64,000 nucleotides of DNA from Nitrosopumilus sp. (GCA_965238275.1 OZ250186.1:288001-352000), one strand, 5' to 3'; positions 28,693-38,821 are shown, numbered from the stretch's first letter. Translations and numbers: made by a program. Notes: generated from the sequence alone by a model not told the origin.

Positions 28693-31057
28693 ATGGACAG
28701 GAAGATCCTATAGTGAAAAGCGAAAGTTCGTGCAATTTTTTGAGATCCTTTTTAAGAAAATAAATCTCAACTACAGGTATGATTGTCAGTAAAATCATCA
28801 AGATAACACAATCTCGGGAACTGTCACGCAAGATCGTGAAATGCTCCCGGGAAACAGACATCGTTTACGACATGACAATCATGATGAAACTTGCACATCC
28901 CGGGATCACACAGTTTGATGTCAACAACCTGATAACAGGATGGCGCAGGGAATTCAACCTGACCAGCAGCGTCTACATGCATGAGGCCGCCTCAAAACAG
29001 GCTTTCCAGGCGGCAGTCAAATTCCGCAAGGCAAACCGGCTCAAGCACAACAAGCGCATCTGGCGCAAGAAACAGATCAAGCTGGGGAAAAAGAAGACGT
29101 ACAAGCACAATCGGTGGACCGAGCCGTCCAGCCTGATGAGGCGCGGCAGGAAAACAACCAGGCTGCGCTCGCTGAATTCACGCGGAAAGCCAAAACTGCG
29201 GGACGACGGCACCGTATTTCTGCCCGGACTCGGGGAAGCAAGGCCACGCACGAAGGTTCCAGAAGGCAGGCTCGTGTCATTCCAGATGATTGACACCACA
29301 GGCAAGGTCACGCGTAAGACCAAGGATGGTGATCGCGAATTCAAACTGCATTTGCAGATAGAAGTCCCAGACCCCGAACCCGCGACAGGTGGTGGTGGCC
29401 GCGGATGCAAGGCAGGGCTGGATCTTGGAGTCAGGCACCTTGCGGCAGTCGCAGACGAGCATGGGAATGAAAAACTGCACAATGTCCCCGGAGGCTGCAA
29501 GAGGCATGACGGCGACAGGATTGATCAGCTGAAATCGCTTAGATCAAGATGCCAGGCAGGCTCCAGAAGATGGAAAGAGATCGGCCGCAAGGTAACGCAT
29601 GAATTGAAAAAGATATCAAACAGGCAAAAACACAACGAGGCCGACATTGCCAGGCGGATAACAAAAGGACTGTCCGTATTGTTCTTGGAAGACCTGGATT
29701 TGACCAGGATGAGGAGATCCAACGGGGCGGCTTCAAAGACGGGGTTGAACCGCGAGATGGCCTATTCCAGAATGGGCGAGTTCAGGATCCAGCTTGAATG
29801 GCAGATGAAAAAGAAAGGCGGAATTTCAAGACGCGTGGAATCCGCACATACAAGCCAGAGATGCGCTGCCTGCGGGGTAGTGGACAAAAAGTCCAGGAAC
29901 GGTGAATCATTTGTCTGCGTCTCATGCGGATGGTGCCACCATGCCGACAAGAACGCGGCAAAAAACATTTTGGATAATGACTGTCTCCATACGGAGGAGA
30001 CTGGCGGCCAAGCCCACGGGAATCGTGGAGGCACCATTGCAGGTGTCGAGGTCGTCACAAGGCGCGAGGATCACGGATCGGATGGTTCTGGAATGAACAA
30101 TTCGACAGGTCGGCTTGGACCCGACAACGACGACAATATTGGAAGGTCTGACAGAGCGCCGGAAAGAGCATCAGGACATGCTACAGAGAGATCTGTTTGC
30201 ACGAATTTTCGCTCGCCGCTATAGTAGCCGTAATAATTGCAATTCTTGCAGTATTGGTGATAGATGTGATGACCTCGATGCTTCAGTCTGAAGAGGCAGG
30301 AACCGGCATGCAGACAGGACAGGAGACGGCCGGACTCCAATGGACAAACGTCCATCCCAACGTACAGACGACCTTCAACGAGGATGCGGCAATGCCTGCC
30401 ATTGAATCCGGCGCATTCATTCATCCGTTTGCAGTGGTTATCGGGAACTGCCATATTGGAGAGATGGTCTTTGTCGCACCCACTGCAGTATGCAGGGGGG
30501 ACGAGGGGACGCCGATTCGCGTGGGGGACGGATCCAACATGCAGGACGGGGTGGTGATCCACGCACTAGGGACAGTCGAGGACGGACGCAACATCGATGA
30601 CCGCCGGTTCTCGTCTGAGGGTACCAGGCTGAAAGGGGACGATCCGGCGTTTGCAGACGGCTACGCCGTCTTTGTCGGGGACAACACGAGCCTTGCGCAT
30701 GGCGCCATGATTCACGGACCGGCATGGATTGGAGACAACACGTTTGTCGGGATGGAGGCGCTCGTGTTTAATGCAAGGATCGGAGACGGGGTTGCAGTGG
30801 GGGTGTCTGCCACCGTTACAGGCGGCGTCGAGATAGCCGACGGCAGGTTCGTGCCGCCGGGCGCGGTGATCACCACGCAGGAACAGGCAGATTCGCTGCC
30901 CGAGCGTGTCGGGAGCGCGTACGAGGCCACAAACAGCGCGATAATTCACGTCAACCGGCAGCTTGCAGAGGGGTACGGCCTTTTGGACATTGAGAGGTTG
31001 ATAGAGCAGCGCGAAAAGGCCATGGAAGAGGGAATGTTGGAGACATCCCTACCGTAA
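28693..31057 (+). CDS. Gamma-class carbonic anhydrase with N-terminal hydrophobic segment, interrupted after codon 6 by the TnpB element (main ORF 30197-31057)
   Basis: Hexapeptide repeats, RGDEG, NMQDGVVIHAL, SLAHGAMIHGP; removing the element restores MDRKILVAVIIAIL in frame. Confidence 0.85.
28711..30221 (+). mobile_element. Non-autonomous TnpB-only element with IS630-like TIRs and TA duplication
   Basis: 25-bp imperfect TIRs (20/25 identical) at 28711-28735 and 30197-30221; TA at 28709-28710 and 30222-30223. Confidence 0.85.
28779..30224 (+). CDS. tnpB: RNA-guided endonuclease TnpB
   Basis: RuvC-I GLDLGVRHL, RuvC-II FLEDL, TSQRCAAC...FVCVSCG zinc ribbon, RuvC-III HADKNAAKNI. Confidence 0.93.
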   Translation: MIVSKIIKITQSRELSRKIVKCSRETDIVYDMTIMMKLAHPGITQFDVNNLITGWRREFNLTSSVYMHEAASKQAFQAAVKFRKANRLKHNKRIWRKKQIKLGKKKTYKHNRWTEPSSLMRRGRKTTRLRSLNSRGKPKLRDDGTVFLPGLGEARPRTKVPEGRLVSFQMIDTTGKVTRKTKDGDREFKLHLQIEVPDPEPATGGGGRGCKAGLDLGVRHLAAVADEHGNEKLHNVPGGCKRHDGDRIDQLKSLRSRCQAGSRRWKEIGRKVTHELKKISNRQKHNEADIARRITKGLSVLFLEDLDLTRMRRSNGAASKTGLNREMAYSRMGEFRIQLEWQMKKKGGISRRVESAHTSQRCAACGVVDKKSRNGESFVCVSCGWCHHADKNAAKNILDNDCLHTEETGGQAHGNRGGTIAGVEVVTRREDHGSDGSGMNNSTGRLGPDNDDNIGRSDRAPERASGHATERSVCTNFRSPL

Positions 31058-31129
31058 GCCTTTGCCTAAAAGTCACACAGCCAGGATACGCCCTTAAAGT
31101 CATAAATAACTCCATGGCAAACCCAATCT

Positions 31130-31990
31130 GTGAAAACGCTGCGCAGGATGCTCAAGGATGACGGACCGCTGGTCATTCCAGGCGTCTATGACGCAATGGG
31201 TGCAAAGATTGCAGAGAAGGTCGGGTTTGGGGCGATGTTCCAGACCGGGTACGGCACGTCTGCAACCCTGTTTGGAATGCCAGACTACGGGTTCATCGGG
31301 GCAGCAGAGACTGCAGACAATGCCAGGAGGATATGCAGCGCGGTATCGGTTCCGGTAATCGTGGATTCTGACACCGGTTACGGCAACGCGCTGAGTGTGT
31401 GGAAGCTTGTAAGGGAGCTGGAGTCGGCCGGGGCATCGGGGATCTTTTTGGAGGATCAGAGATGGCCCAAGAGGTGCGGGCACATGCAGGGAAAGGAGGT
31501 CATACCGCAGGAGGAGTACACGGAGAAGCTCGGAGCCGCCATTGACGCAAGGCAGAGCAGGGACTTTGTCATAGTGGCAAGGACCGACGCGCGTGCCACC
31601 GACGGGCTTGATGCTGCAATCCAGCGCGGACTGGAAAACAAGAAGACGGGCGCCGATGCCATCTTCATCGAGGCACCAAGGTCGTATGACGAGATGAAGA
31701 GGATTGGAAGGGAGATCAAGGCGCCGCTTGTTGCAAACATGATCGAGGGAGGGGCGACGCCGCTGCGGCAGGCCCAGGAACTCTCCGAGATTGGATTCAA
31801 GATAGTTCTGTATCCGCTGTCCGTGCTGTTTGCAAGCACGTTTGCTGCCATGGGCGTCCTAAAGGAGCTCATGGAGACGGGGACCACCGGGAAGTTCAGG
31901 AGAAAGATGGTGGGCTTTGACCAGTTCAACGACATGGTGGATCTTTCAAAATTCAAGGACATGGAACAGAGATACGGATTTAAAGAATAA
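31130..31990 (+). CDS. prpB: Methylisocitrate lyase / ICL-PEP mutase family
   Basis: DSDTGYG, LEDQRWPKRCGH, VARTDA, ANMIEGGATP. Confidence 0.85.
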   Translation: MKTLRRMLKDDGPLVIPGVYDAMGAKIAEKVGFGAMFQTGYGTSATLFGMPDYGFIGAAETADNARRICSAVSVPVIVDSDTGYGNALSVWKLVRELESAGASGIFLEDQRWPKRCGHMQGKEVIPQEEYTEKLGAAIDARQSRDFVIVARTDARATDGLDAAIQRGLENKKTGADAIFIEAPRSYDEMKRIGREIKAPLVANMIEGGATPLRQAQELSEIGFKIVLYPLSVLFASTFAAMGVLKELMETGTTGKFRRKMVGFDQFNDMVDLSKFKDMEQRYGFKE

Positions 31991-32016
31991 AAGAAAAAGT
32001 TTCAAGAAACGCTTAC

Positions 32017-32307
32017 TTATGCATTTGGGTTTCTCTTCACTTCGATCTCGATTGTTGAAACATTTCTGTTTTTGCCGTCTTGTGACTCGAGGGACTCTGA
32101 GCCGATCTTGATATAACCGATGGTGTATCCTGCGTTCTCTGTCTTTCTTGCAATGATTTGGGCTACATCTACAGCTCTACCAATGCTGAGTCCCCTAGCC
32201 TTGATGTTCACGGCAGGTAAGCTTGCCAGTTGGATCAACGTGGATGTCACGTATGCCATCAATGGTTTCTTACCGATGAATATGGTGTCTCTTGCTTCGG
32301 TTGACAT
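32017..32307 (-). CDS. albA: Alba chromatin protein
   Basis: IFIGKKPLMAYV, IKARGLSIGRAVDVA, NVSTIEI. Confidence 0.95.
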   Translation of the reverse strand: MSTEARDTIFIGKKPLMAYVTSTLIQLASLPAVNIKARGLSIGRAVDVAQIIARKTENAGYTIGYIKIGSESLESQDGKNRNVSTIEIEVKRNPNA

Positions 32308-32430
32308 GCAAAATTTGATATTAAACGATAATTTAAAGCTAAAAGTATTGCCACAGAATAACGGGTGCGTGCAGGCCAGGGCATGTATCTTCGAGTCAGA
32401 CAGCCCGGAGAAGAGGTGCCTAGCGAGGGT

Positions 32431-32964
32431 TTGAGCGTCTCAAAAATTCTCAGGTCAGGCAGGAGCGCAGAGAAGATCAGGGTTCTGCAGACGATCAGTT
32501 CCATCGACGACATGGAGGTCCTGGGGGAGATAGTCTCAAGGCTTGACGATGAGGACATCCAGGTGAGGGGCGAGGCCTTTGGCCTTCTGGTGCTCAACGA
32601 CGGGGACATAACAGACTTTCTGGTGAGGGGCATGGAATCGCCTAGCAAAAACATCAGGGGTTTTCTGGCACTCGTGCTTGCAAACAGGAACGAGCAGTCT
32701 GCAATACCGGAGATAACCAGGCTTGCCTGCGACGAGTCGTCCATGGTAAGATCCTGCGCGATCGGGGCCCTAGGCCACCTGAAGGCCAGAGATGCAGCAG
32801 ACGTCTTTGTCAGGGCGCTTGAAGACGCCAGCCAGGAGGTGAGAAATAGCGCGCTGTTTGCAGTGATTGGCATGAACATTCCAGTATCCGAAGACAGGAT
32901 GCAGGCTGTTCTCAGGGACGGCGATGTGGAGACTGCCAGAATGATCTCGCGCCTGAGGGGATAG
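32431..32964 (+). CDS. HEAT-repeat protein
   Basis: Repeated LxDxxxxVR units (LDDEDIQVR, LACDESSMVR, LEDASQEVR); TTG start inferred. Confidence 0.85.
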   Translation: MSVSKILRSGRSAEKIRVLQTISSIDDMEVLGEIVSRLDDEDIQVRGEAFGLLVLNDGDITDFLVRGMESPSKNIRGFLALVLANRNEQSAIPEITRLACDESSMVRSCAIGALGHLKARDAADVFVRALEDASQEVRNSALFAVIGMNIPVSEDRMQAVLRDGDVETARMISRLRG

Positions 32965-33098
32965 CGGATTGGAACGGTGCGTGGCGTTTTTAGGTTTGGC
33001 CGTGCCCGCTAGAATGGAGTAATTCCGGTCAGCCCGGATCATGAATCCCGGCCGGGTTGCACAAAGAACCGAAAGTACGCCTGCAAGCCACCTTGTGT

Positions 33099-34079
33099 CT
33101 ACATGGGTGCCCGACTGTGCGTGTGCCCCTTTTGGGTGCCTGTCTTGCCTGATGGAGACGGCGATGCTGTGCGGGGCGGACGGCCCCGCGTGCGCCGCCT
33201 TTGGACGTGGACCGTATTGCGCGGCTCTTCCCACGACTCCTGCTGCCCGCCCAGAAATGCATCCATCCCCGCAGGCGAGGCGCACTCGTATATCTCCTCC
33301 ATGGCAGGCATGAACTTCTCCTTTCCCCTCCAAAACGGAAAGCTGCCCAGCTGCTTGGGCAGGGCTGCATGCATCTCCGGCACGTGCGCAGACATCTCCG
33401 GTTCGCCCGTCACCCTCTCCCGGCCCCAGAACTTGCCCGGATCCGTCGAAAGCGGCTCTGCAGGCAGCAGACCGGCAGGGGCAGCCACCTCCACCGGCCT
33501 GAGATTGGCTGCCTTGAGAAGATCCTCCACGTCGGCTCCGCGCATCTTGAATATGAGGAACGGATCGCGGTCAAACTCCTCTGCCAGGATGTAGTATACT
33601 GCCGCCACGTGCTTGCACGGGTTTGACCAGTCAAAGCAGTCGCAGTCTGTCTTGAGATCCTTGCCCTTGGACGGCAGCAGTGAGTATCCGACTTTGGCAA
33701 AGATCTCCTCCACATCCTCAGGCATCCGGCCGGCCAGCAGGCTTGCGGCAATGTCCGGCCGCGCAAAAAGCTCCGGCACCGCCATCTTCCAGGCCCGCGC
33801 AGGCAGGACCTTGACCTTGATTCCCACCTCGTAGGGCTTCCGCTCAGAGCCCTGCACGCGTCCGGTTACCATGCCATTTTCCACACGCACAGACACCACC
33901 TGGCCCCGGCGGGCATACGTCCTGCCGCGTGCAAGCCGCTCATCTATGTTAAAGTCGTCAAGTATGTTGATCCACCTCTTGGCCCACCAGCTCTGGCCAA
34001 ACGCGCCGCGTTTGGTCTGCGCCTTGATGCCGCCCTTGACCTCCCGGGGCCCTGTGGACCTGTAGTACCAAAACGACAC
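33099..34079 (-). CDS. SWIM zinc-finger protein (SNF2-associated)
   Basis: RLARGRTYARRGQV, CDCFDWSNPCKHVAA, FDRDPFLIF; GTG start overlaps the SNF2 stop. Confidence 0.88.
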   Translation of the reverse strand: MSFWYYRSTGPREVKGGIKAQTKRGAFGQSWWAKRWINILDDFNIDERLARGRTYARRGQVVSVRVENGMVTGRVQGSERKPYEVGIKVKVLPARAWKMAVPELFARPDIAASLLAGRMPEDVEEIFAKVGYSLLPSKGKDLKTDCDCFDWSNPCKHVAAVYYILAEEFDRDPFLIFKMRGADVEDLLKAANLRPVEVAAPAGLLPAEPLSTDPGKFWGRERVTGEPEMSAHVPEMHAALPKQLGSFPFWRGKEKFMPAMEEIYECASPAGMDAFLGGQQESWEEPRNTVHVQRRRTRGRPPRTASPSPSGKTGTQKGHTHSRAPM

Positions 34080-37000
34080 TACTGTCCTTCCTCCTCTCCC
34101 CCGCCAAGCGACAGCATGTCCCTCAGGTCGTCGTCGGACATCTCCGTCAGCCACTTCTCGCCGGTCCCGACCACCATGCGGGCCACCCTTACCTTGCGCT
34201 CGATCATGCCGTCTATCTTCTCCTCGAGTGTTCCTGCACAGATAAACTTGTGGACTTGGACGTTGCGCTTCTGGCCGATGCGGAAGATCCTGTCTGTAGC
34301 CTGGTCCTCCACGGCCGGGTTCCACCAGCGGTCAAAGTGGAAGACGTGGCTTGCCGCCGTGAGGTTCAGCCCCGTGCCGCCTGCCTTCAATGAGAGGATG
34401 AATATCTGCGGCCCGTCCCGGCAGTTCTGGAAACGCTCGACCATCCGGGTGCGCTGTCCCCGGGGGACGCCGCCATGAAGGAACAGTACCTCCAGCCCGA
34501 ACGTCTCTTGCAGGTGGCGTTTGAGCATGTGGCCCATCTCGGCAAACTGGCTGAATACCAGCGCCCGGTCGCCGGATTCCACCACCTCCTCTAGCATCTC
34601 TGTCAGCCTAGCCAGCTTGCCGGACCGGCCGGGTATGCCGGAGCCGTCGGAGAGGAACTGTGCCGGGTGGTTGCAGACCTGCTTGAGTTTGGATATGGTG
34701 GAGAGTATTATCCCTTTCCTCTGGATGCCCTCGGACTCGTTCAGATCCCTCATGCACTCATCCAGAACGGAGGCGTACAGGGATGCCTGCTCCTCTGTCA
34801 GCGGGCAGAACATCTTTGCCTCCATCTTTTCTGGCAGGTCGGAGATTATGGACTTGTCAGTCTTTAGTCTCCGGAGTATGAACGGCCCGGTGGCACGTTT
34901 GAGCTGCTCTGCTGCCTTGGCGTCCTGTTTTGCCTGGATCGGCACGAAGAACTTGCGCCGAAACTCCTCCCGCGTTCCCAAAAACCCGGGATTCAGAAAC
35001 TCCATGATCGACCACAGGTCGCCTACGTTGTTCTCCACCGGCGTTCCTGTCAGGGCAAGGCGGTATTCGGCCCCCAGCGACCTGACGGCCCGTGCCTGCT
35101 TGGTCTCCGGGTTCTTGATGTTCTGCGCCTCGTCCAACACCACCCCGTCCCAGCTGACCATGCCGAACATGTCGGCATCCCGCTGCATCAGCCCGTAGCT
35201 GGAGACGACGATGGCGTGCTTTTCTGCCGCCTTTCTAAACGCCGCCCCGCGCATCCTGCCTGTGCCGTGGTGGATCATCACAGGCAGCCCGGGGGCAAAG
35301 CGTGCAGCCTCCCGGTACCAGTTGTCCACCACCGACGTAGGGCAGACCAGCAGGACGGGCCGGCTGCCTACCTGCCAGTCGCGCTGCACGAGTGCCAGTG
35401 TCTGGACGGTCTTGCCAAGGCCCATGTCATCTGCCAGGCATCCTCCAAGACCCCACCGGCGGAGAAACGAAAGCCAAGAGTAGCCGCGGACCTGGTACGG
35501 CCGGAGCGTGCCTGAGAACCCTTCGGGTTGCTCAAGATCCCCTATTCCCTCCGTCCCGTCAAGCTGCCCGAGCACCTCGGCAAGCCTGCCGGTGGATTTG
35601 ACGCCGTCGATCTCAAGCCCCCCGGGCGTCTCTTCTGCCCCCAGTGCCATCCGGATCACGTCCTTGAATTGCGCCCTTCCCTTGCCCTTCTTGAGAAACT
35701 TGATGGCAGACTGGATCTCAGAGGCGCTGACCTCCATCCACTGTCCGCGAACCCTGACCAGCGACGACTTCATCTCGGCGATCTCCTCGAGCTCTTCAAG
35801 CGTGACCTTCTGGCCGCCCAGCGCAACCTCCCATTCGAACCTCATTATCGCATCAAGCGACAGCCCCCCATATCCTTTCATTTTGGGTGCCTGCACGCTG
35901 ACCCGCGCTGCAAGCTTGGCCCTTGCGCCCTTGCTAGTCCACCAGGACGGGAGCATGATCCCATATCCTGCCTGCTCGAGTGCTGCGGCCTCGGCTGCAA
36001 GGAACTCGTATGCTCCCGGGGTGTCGACTGCGTGACCTTCCAGCCGGGCGTCCTTCAGGCCTGCGGCAACGCCTCTGCATATGCCCGAGGCCTGTCCGAG
36101 CGAGAGGAGCAAAAATTCCTTGGCATTGGAGCCGCTCCTGTCCAGCACGGCAGCCCCGCCGCCCCATACCTCGGCTGCCGACACTATCAGGCTGGGATCG
36201 TCCCGGGCTTGGAGCAGGTAGCGGACAAACCACGCGCCGCCGGCATCTGCGCCGCCGGCAGGCTCCTCCAGGCGGAAGCAGAGACGAAAGGGGGAGGCAG
36301 TTGATACCGTTATGGATCGTTGCCATCCGTCTATCTGGACGGCAAGTCCGGCCAGGCCAGAAGAATCCCCGTGGGTTATCCCGTCTTCAGACTTTAGGGC
36401 GTAAAGCCAGGAATCGTGCATGCTGTCGAACTTGGCACGGTGTTGCCCGGACGACACGTACGGTGCGGCCCTGCGTACCATGTGGTCAGTCAGCGAGGCG
36501 ACTATCTCTTTGAGCACCACGGCTGCAGGCATCTCGGGGGCCTTCCGTGCGCCAGGCTTTGAAAGCGCCCTTGCCACAGCCGGCATGCGCCGGGCCAGCA
36601 TGCCGAACCTCTCGGCGTCCCTGCCCACAAAGACGGGATTCCACTTTGCCGTGTACCGTCCCCTGTCTTCCTCCAGACCGGGAAGGAACTGCTGCCGCGC
36701 GACCAGAAAGCCTGCAAGGCGCAGCACATCTGCCCAGTACGCCATGTCGGCACCGACTAGCACGCCGGGTGTGACAGTCCGCCTGCCTGCAGACGCGCCC
36801 AATAGGCCCACTGCCTCTCCCGGAGACAGCCTGCGTGCGGCGACTTGCCACGCCGCCATCCTTGTCCCTGCTCGGGACGGGGGAGGCTCTGCGATTATGT
36901 CGCTTGACGGGACAGGGTAGGAACCCCGGGTGGGCAGCCAGACAGTTGCCGTGCACTCCCCGGTCGTCTTTGAATCCGAAGGCAACACGGTCTCCAAGGC

Positions 37001-37159
37001 CCGGGCCAGAGCCTCAGAGTTGGCACCCAGCGGATGCTTCCTTGCCCGGAAGAGCCTTACGCCCTTCCACCAGGGTACAGCGCCTGTACGGTAGTTGCGC
37101 GCCTCCTCCCCCCAGAGAACTATGCTTCTCTCGTGGGCACCGGCGTGAAGAATTATCAT
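34079..37159 (-). CDS. SNF2-family helicase/ATPase
   Basis: LRPYQ, LADDMGLGKT, DEAQNIKN, LTGTPVEN, DRWWNPAVEDQATDR; ATG at 37159. Confidence 0.94.
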   Translation of the reverse strand: MIILHAGAHERSIVLWGEEARNYRTGAVPWWKGVRLFRARKHPLGANSEALARALETVLPSDSKTTGECTATVWLPTRGSYPVPSSDIIAEPPPSRAGTRMAAWQVAARRLSPGEAVGLLGASAGRRTVTPGVLVGADMAYWADVLRLAGFLVARQQFLPGLEEDRGRYTAKWNPVFVGRDAERFGMLARRMPAVARALSKPGARKAPEMPAAVVLKEIVASLTDHMVRRAAPYVSSGQHRAKFDSMHDSWLYALKSEDGITHGDSSGLAGLAVQIDGWQRSITVSTASPFRLCFRLEEPAGGADAGGAWFVRYLLQARDDPSLIVSAAEVWGGGAAVLDRSGSNAKEFLLLSLGQASGICRGVAAGLKDARLEGHAVDTPGAYEFLAAEAAALEQAGYGIMLPSWWTSKGARAKLAARVSVQAPKMKGYGGLSLDAIMRFEWEVALGGQKVTLEELEEIAEMKSSLVRVRGQWMEVSASEIQSAIKFLKKGKGRAQFKDVIRMALGAEETPGGLEIDGVKSTGRLAEVLGQLDGTEGIGDLEQPEGFSGTLRPYQVRGYSWLSFLRRWGLGGCLADDMGLGKTVQTLALVQRDWQVGSRPVLLVCPTSVVDNWYREAARFAPGLPVMIHHGTGRMRGAAFRKAAEKHAIVVSSYGLMQRDADMFGMVSWDGVVLDEAQNIKNPETKQARAVRSLGAEYRLALTGTPVENNVGDLWSIMEFLNPGFLGTREEFRRKFFVPIQAKQDAKAAEQLKRATGPFILRRLKTDKSIISDLPEKMEAKMFCPLTEEQASLYASVLDECMRDLNESEGIQRKGIILSTISKLKQVCNHPAQFLSDGSGIPGRSGKLARLTEMLEEVVESGDRALVFSQFAEMGHMLKRHLQETFGLEVLFLHGGVPRGQRTRMVERFQNCRDGPQIFILSLKAGGTGLNLTAASHVFHFDRWWNPAVEDQATDRIFRIGQKRNVQVHKFICAGTLEEKIDGMIERKVRVARMVVGTGEKWLTEMSDDDLRDMLSLGGGEEEGQ

Positions 37160-37487
37160 TATACACGCTTGAGATACAGGCAAATAAAACATGCGTGGTT
37201 TTGGGTGGCATGGTTTTGGCTCGCATCCGTTGCCGCACCATGCCGATCCAACATGCCAACGGACCCTTCGGAGGGCGATGCGCCGCACCGGCTTCACGTA
37301 TGAAAAACCCCGAAACGTCTCGCACGGATCCACCCCAAGGGAGGCACAGGGCCGCCAGAACGAGCGAAGCGGGCGGAGGCGGCTGGCGGGTAAGCGGTAT
37401 GCAGACGGGCATCGTGCCAATTGGCATTAAATTAGATTCAAAATATCGTCCAGTTGCTTTTGTGGCCTAAATCATTCTGGAAGATCA

Positions 37488-37995
37488 TCAGGCCGCATAA
37501 TGGCGGATTGCCTGCTCTATTCGAGAGTATTCCGTATCGGACTTGGCAAGGTACCTGATTTCACCCCACCTGATTTTTGGCCCACAGCGGACTGCCAGTC
37601 TTTGCAGGTCTTCAATGTCCTGGTCACGCCCTGCCCTGAACTTTGCAACAATCAGTCCTTCCAAAGAGATGGCATTGACGGTGGTTCCTTTCCTGTCTGC
37701 CGGAATTGCCTCCGCCGTCTTTAGGATGTGCTCCAGCGGAATGTCATTCAAGTCCCGCTTGTGATATACGTCAATTTTGTATCCCCTTGGCGTGAATTTG
37801 TTATCTCTTGGCTGGTTGATTTTGTATCCCCTAGCCAAAAACTCATCGTTTGTTATCTGTTCGGCAACGACAAAATCCAGATCCAGGGATTGTCGTTGCT
37901 CGCCGGTATGCAGCATGACTGCAACTGCCCCCGACAAACGTGGCGGTCCTAAAATCCCGAGAAATGTCCATGGCTTCCCTAATGAGCGGTATCAT
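37488..37995 (-). pseudogene. AbiEii-like nucleotidyltransferase, +1 frameshift in a G5 run
   Basis: Removing one G at 37928-37932 gives FVGAVAVMLHTG...SLDLDF...LIVAKFRAGRDQDIEDL. Confidence 0.72.
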
Positions 37996-38668
37996 TTGGC
38001 AGCAAGTCCTCCTGAACCTTCCATATGGTGTCTCCTGCAAACCTGACCCTGATTTTTACCACGTCCTTGTGGGTCAGCATGATTGCCGCGGCATCCAAAA
38101 AACTCCGTCCGCCGTTTGCCACGCAGTCAAGAAAGACCCTCTCAATCAAATTTTCAAAGGAGCCGATCTTTGGAAGAAGCACGACGCTTCCCCTTTTTCC
38201 TTCCCGAAACCCGTGGCTTTTCAAAAGCTTGGAGACATCTTCAACATTGTCAACGTAGACATGCAGGTCAAGCGGGGTCTGAAACCTTGTCAATTCATGG
38301 GCCCGGTGGTCAAGCGTTATGATTGAACCATTTGGGAGATGTTTTTTCATAAAGTTAACGTCAGTCGGCTTGTAATGCCTTCCAAACCTCCTGGCTTTTT
38401 TGAGTGACATTAATGAAGAGACGATGCTTTGCAAAACAAGGTACGGTTGGGATACGACCTCCCTTTTTATCGTGAATGTGCCACGGTTGCAGTCTGCCAG
38501 CCCCAACTCCTCCAAACGGATCAGTCTCCTTCTGATGGTTCTAGCCGACAGGCCAGAGGCGTCTTTCAGGCTCTTTAGGTCATAGACTGGACTGGGGGGC
38601 AGCTCCTGTGCAAATCCGATTGCATCCTTTGCCTTTTCAAGCATTGATGCACATTCATCCATATTCAT
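37979..38668 (-). CDS. wHTH protein, AbiEi-like antitoxin
   Basis: SGLSARTIRRRLIRLEELGL HTH; ERVFLDC; overlaps the NTase gene. Confidence 0.68.
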   Translation of the reverse strand: MNMDECASMLEKAKDAIGFAQELPPSPVYDLKSLKDASGLSARTIRRRLIRLEELGLADCNRGTFTIKREVVSQPYLVLQSIVSSLMSLKKARRFGRHYKPTDVNFMKKHLPNGSIITLDHRAHELTRFQTPLDLHVYVDNVEDVSKLLKSHGFREGKRGSVVLLPKIGSFENLIERVFLDCVANGGRSFLDAAAIMLTHKDVVKIRVRFAGDTIWKVQEDLLPNDTAH

Positions 38669-38821
38669 ACAATAATGGTAATATGTGCAGTATATTTATA
38701 CTTTGGACAAATTTGTCTCTTCATATATATGATAGCACATAAAAATGGCTACCAAACCAGACAATCAAGGCACAATCTACGACACGGCATGCCAAGCCAA
38801 ACCATCCCGCCCGTCGTGAAC

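Noticed and set aside
28711-30221. IStron (group I intron) explanation of the TnpB insertion
   Set aside because: Only 68 bp precede tnpB, too short for an intron core, and the ends are TIR-type.
32965-33100. GC-rich structured stretch as a tRNA or att site
   Set aside because: No cloverleaf, T-loop or matching direct repeat found by eye.
37160-37420. 87-aa N-terminal extension of the SNF2 ORF (and the 82-aa extension of the SWIM ORF)
   Set aside because: Non-protein-like sequence; better starts exist at 37159 and 34079.
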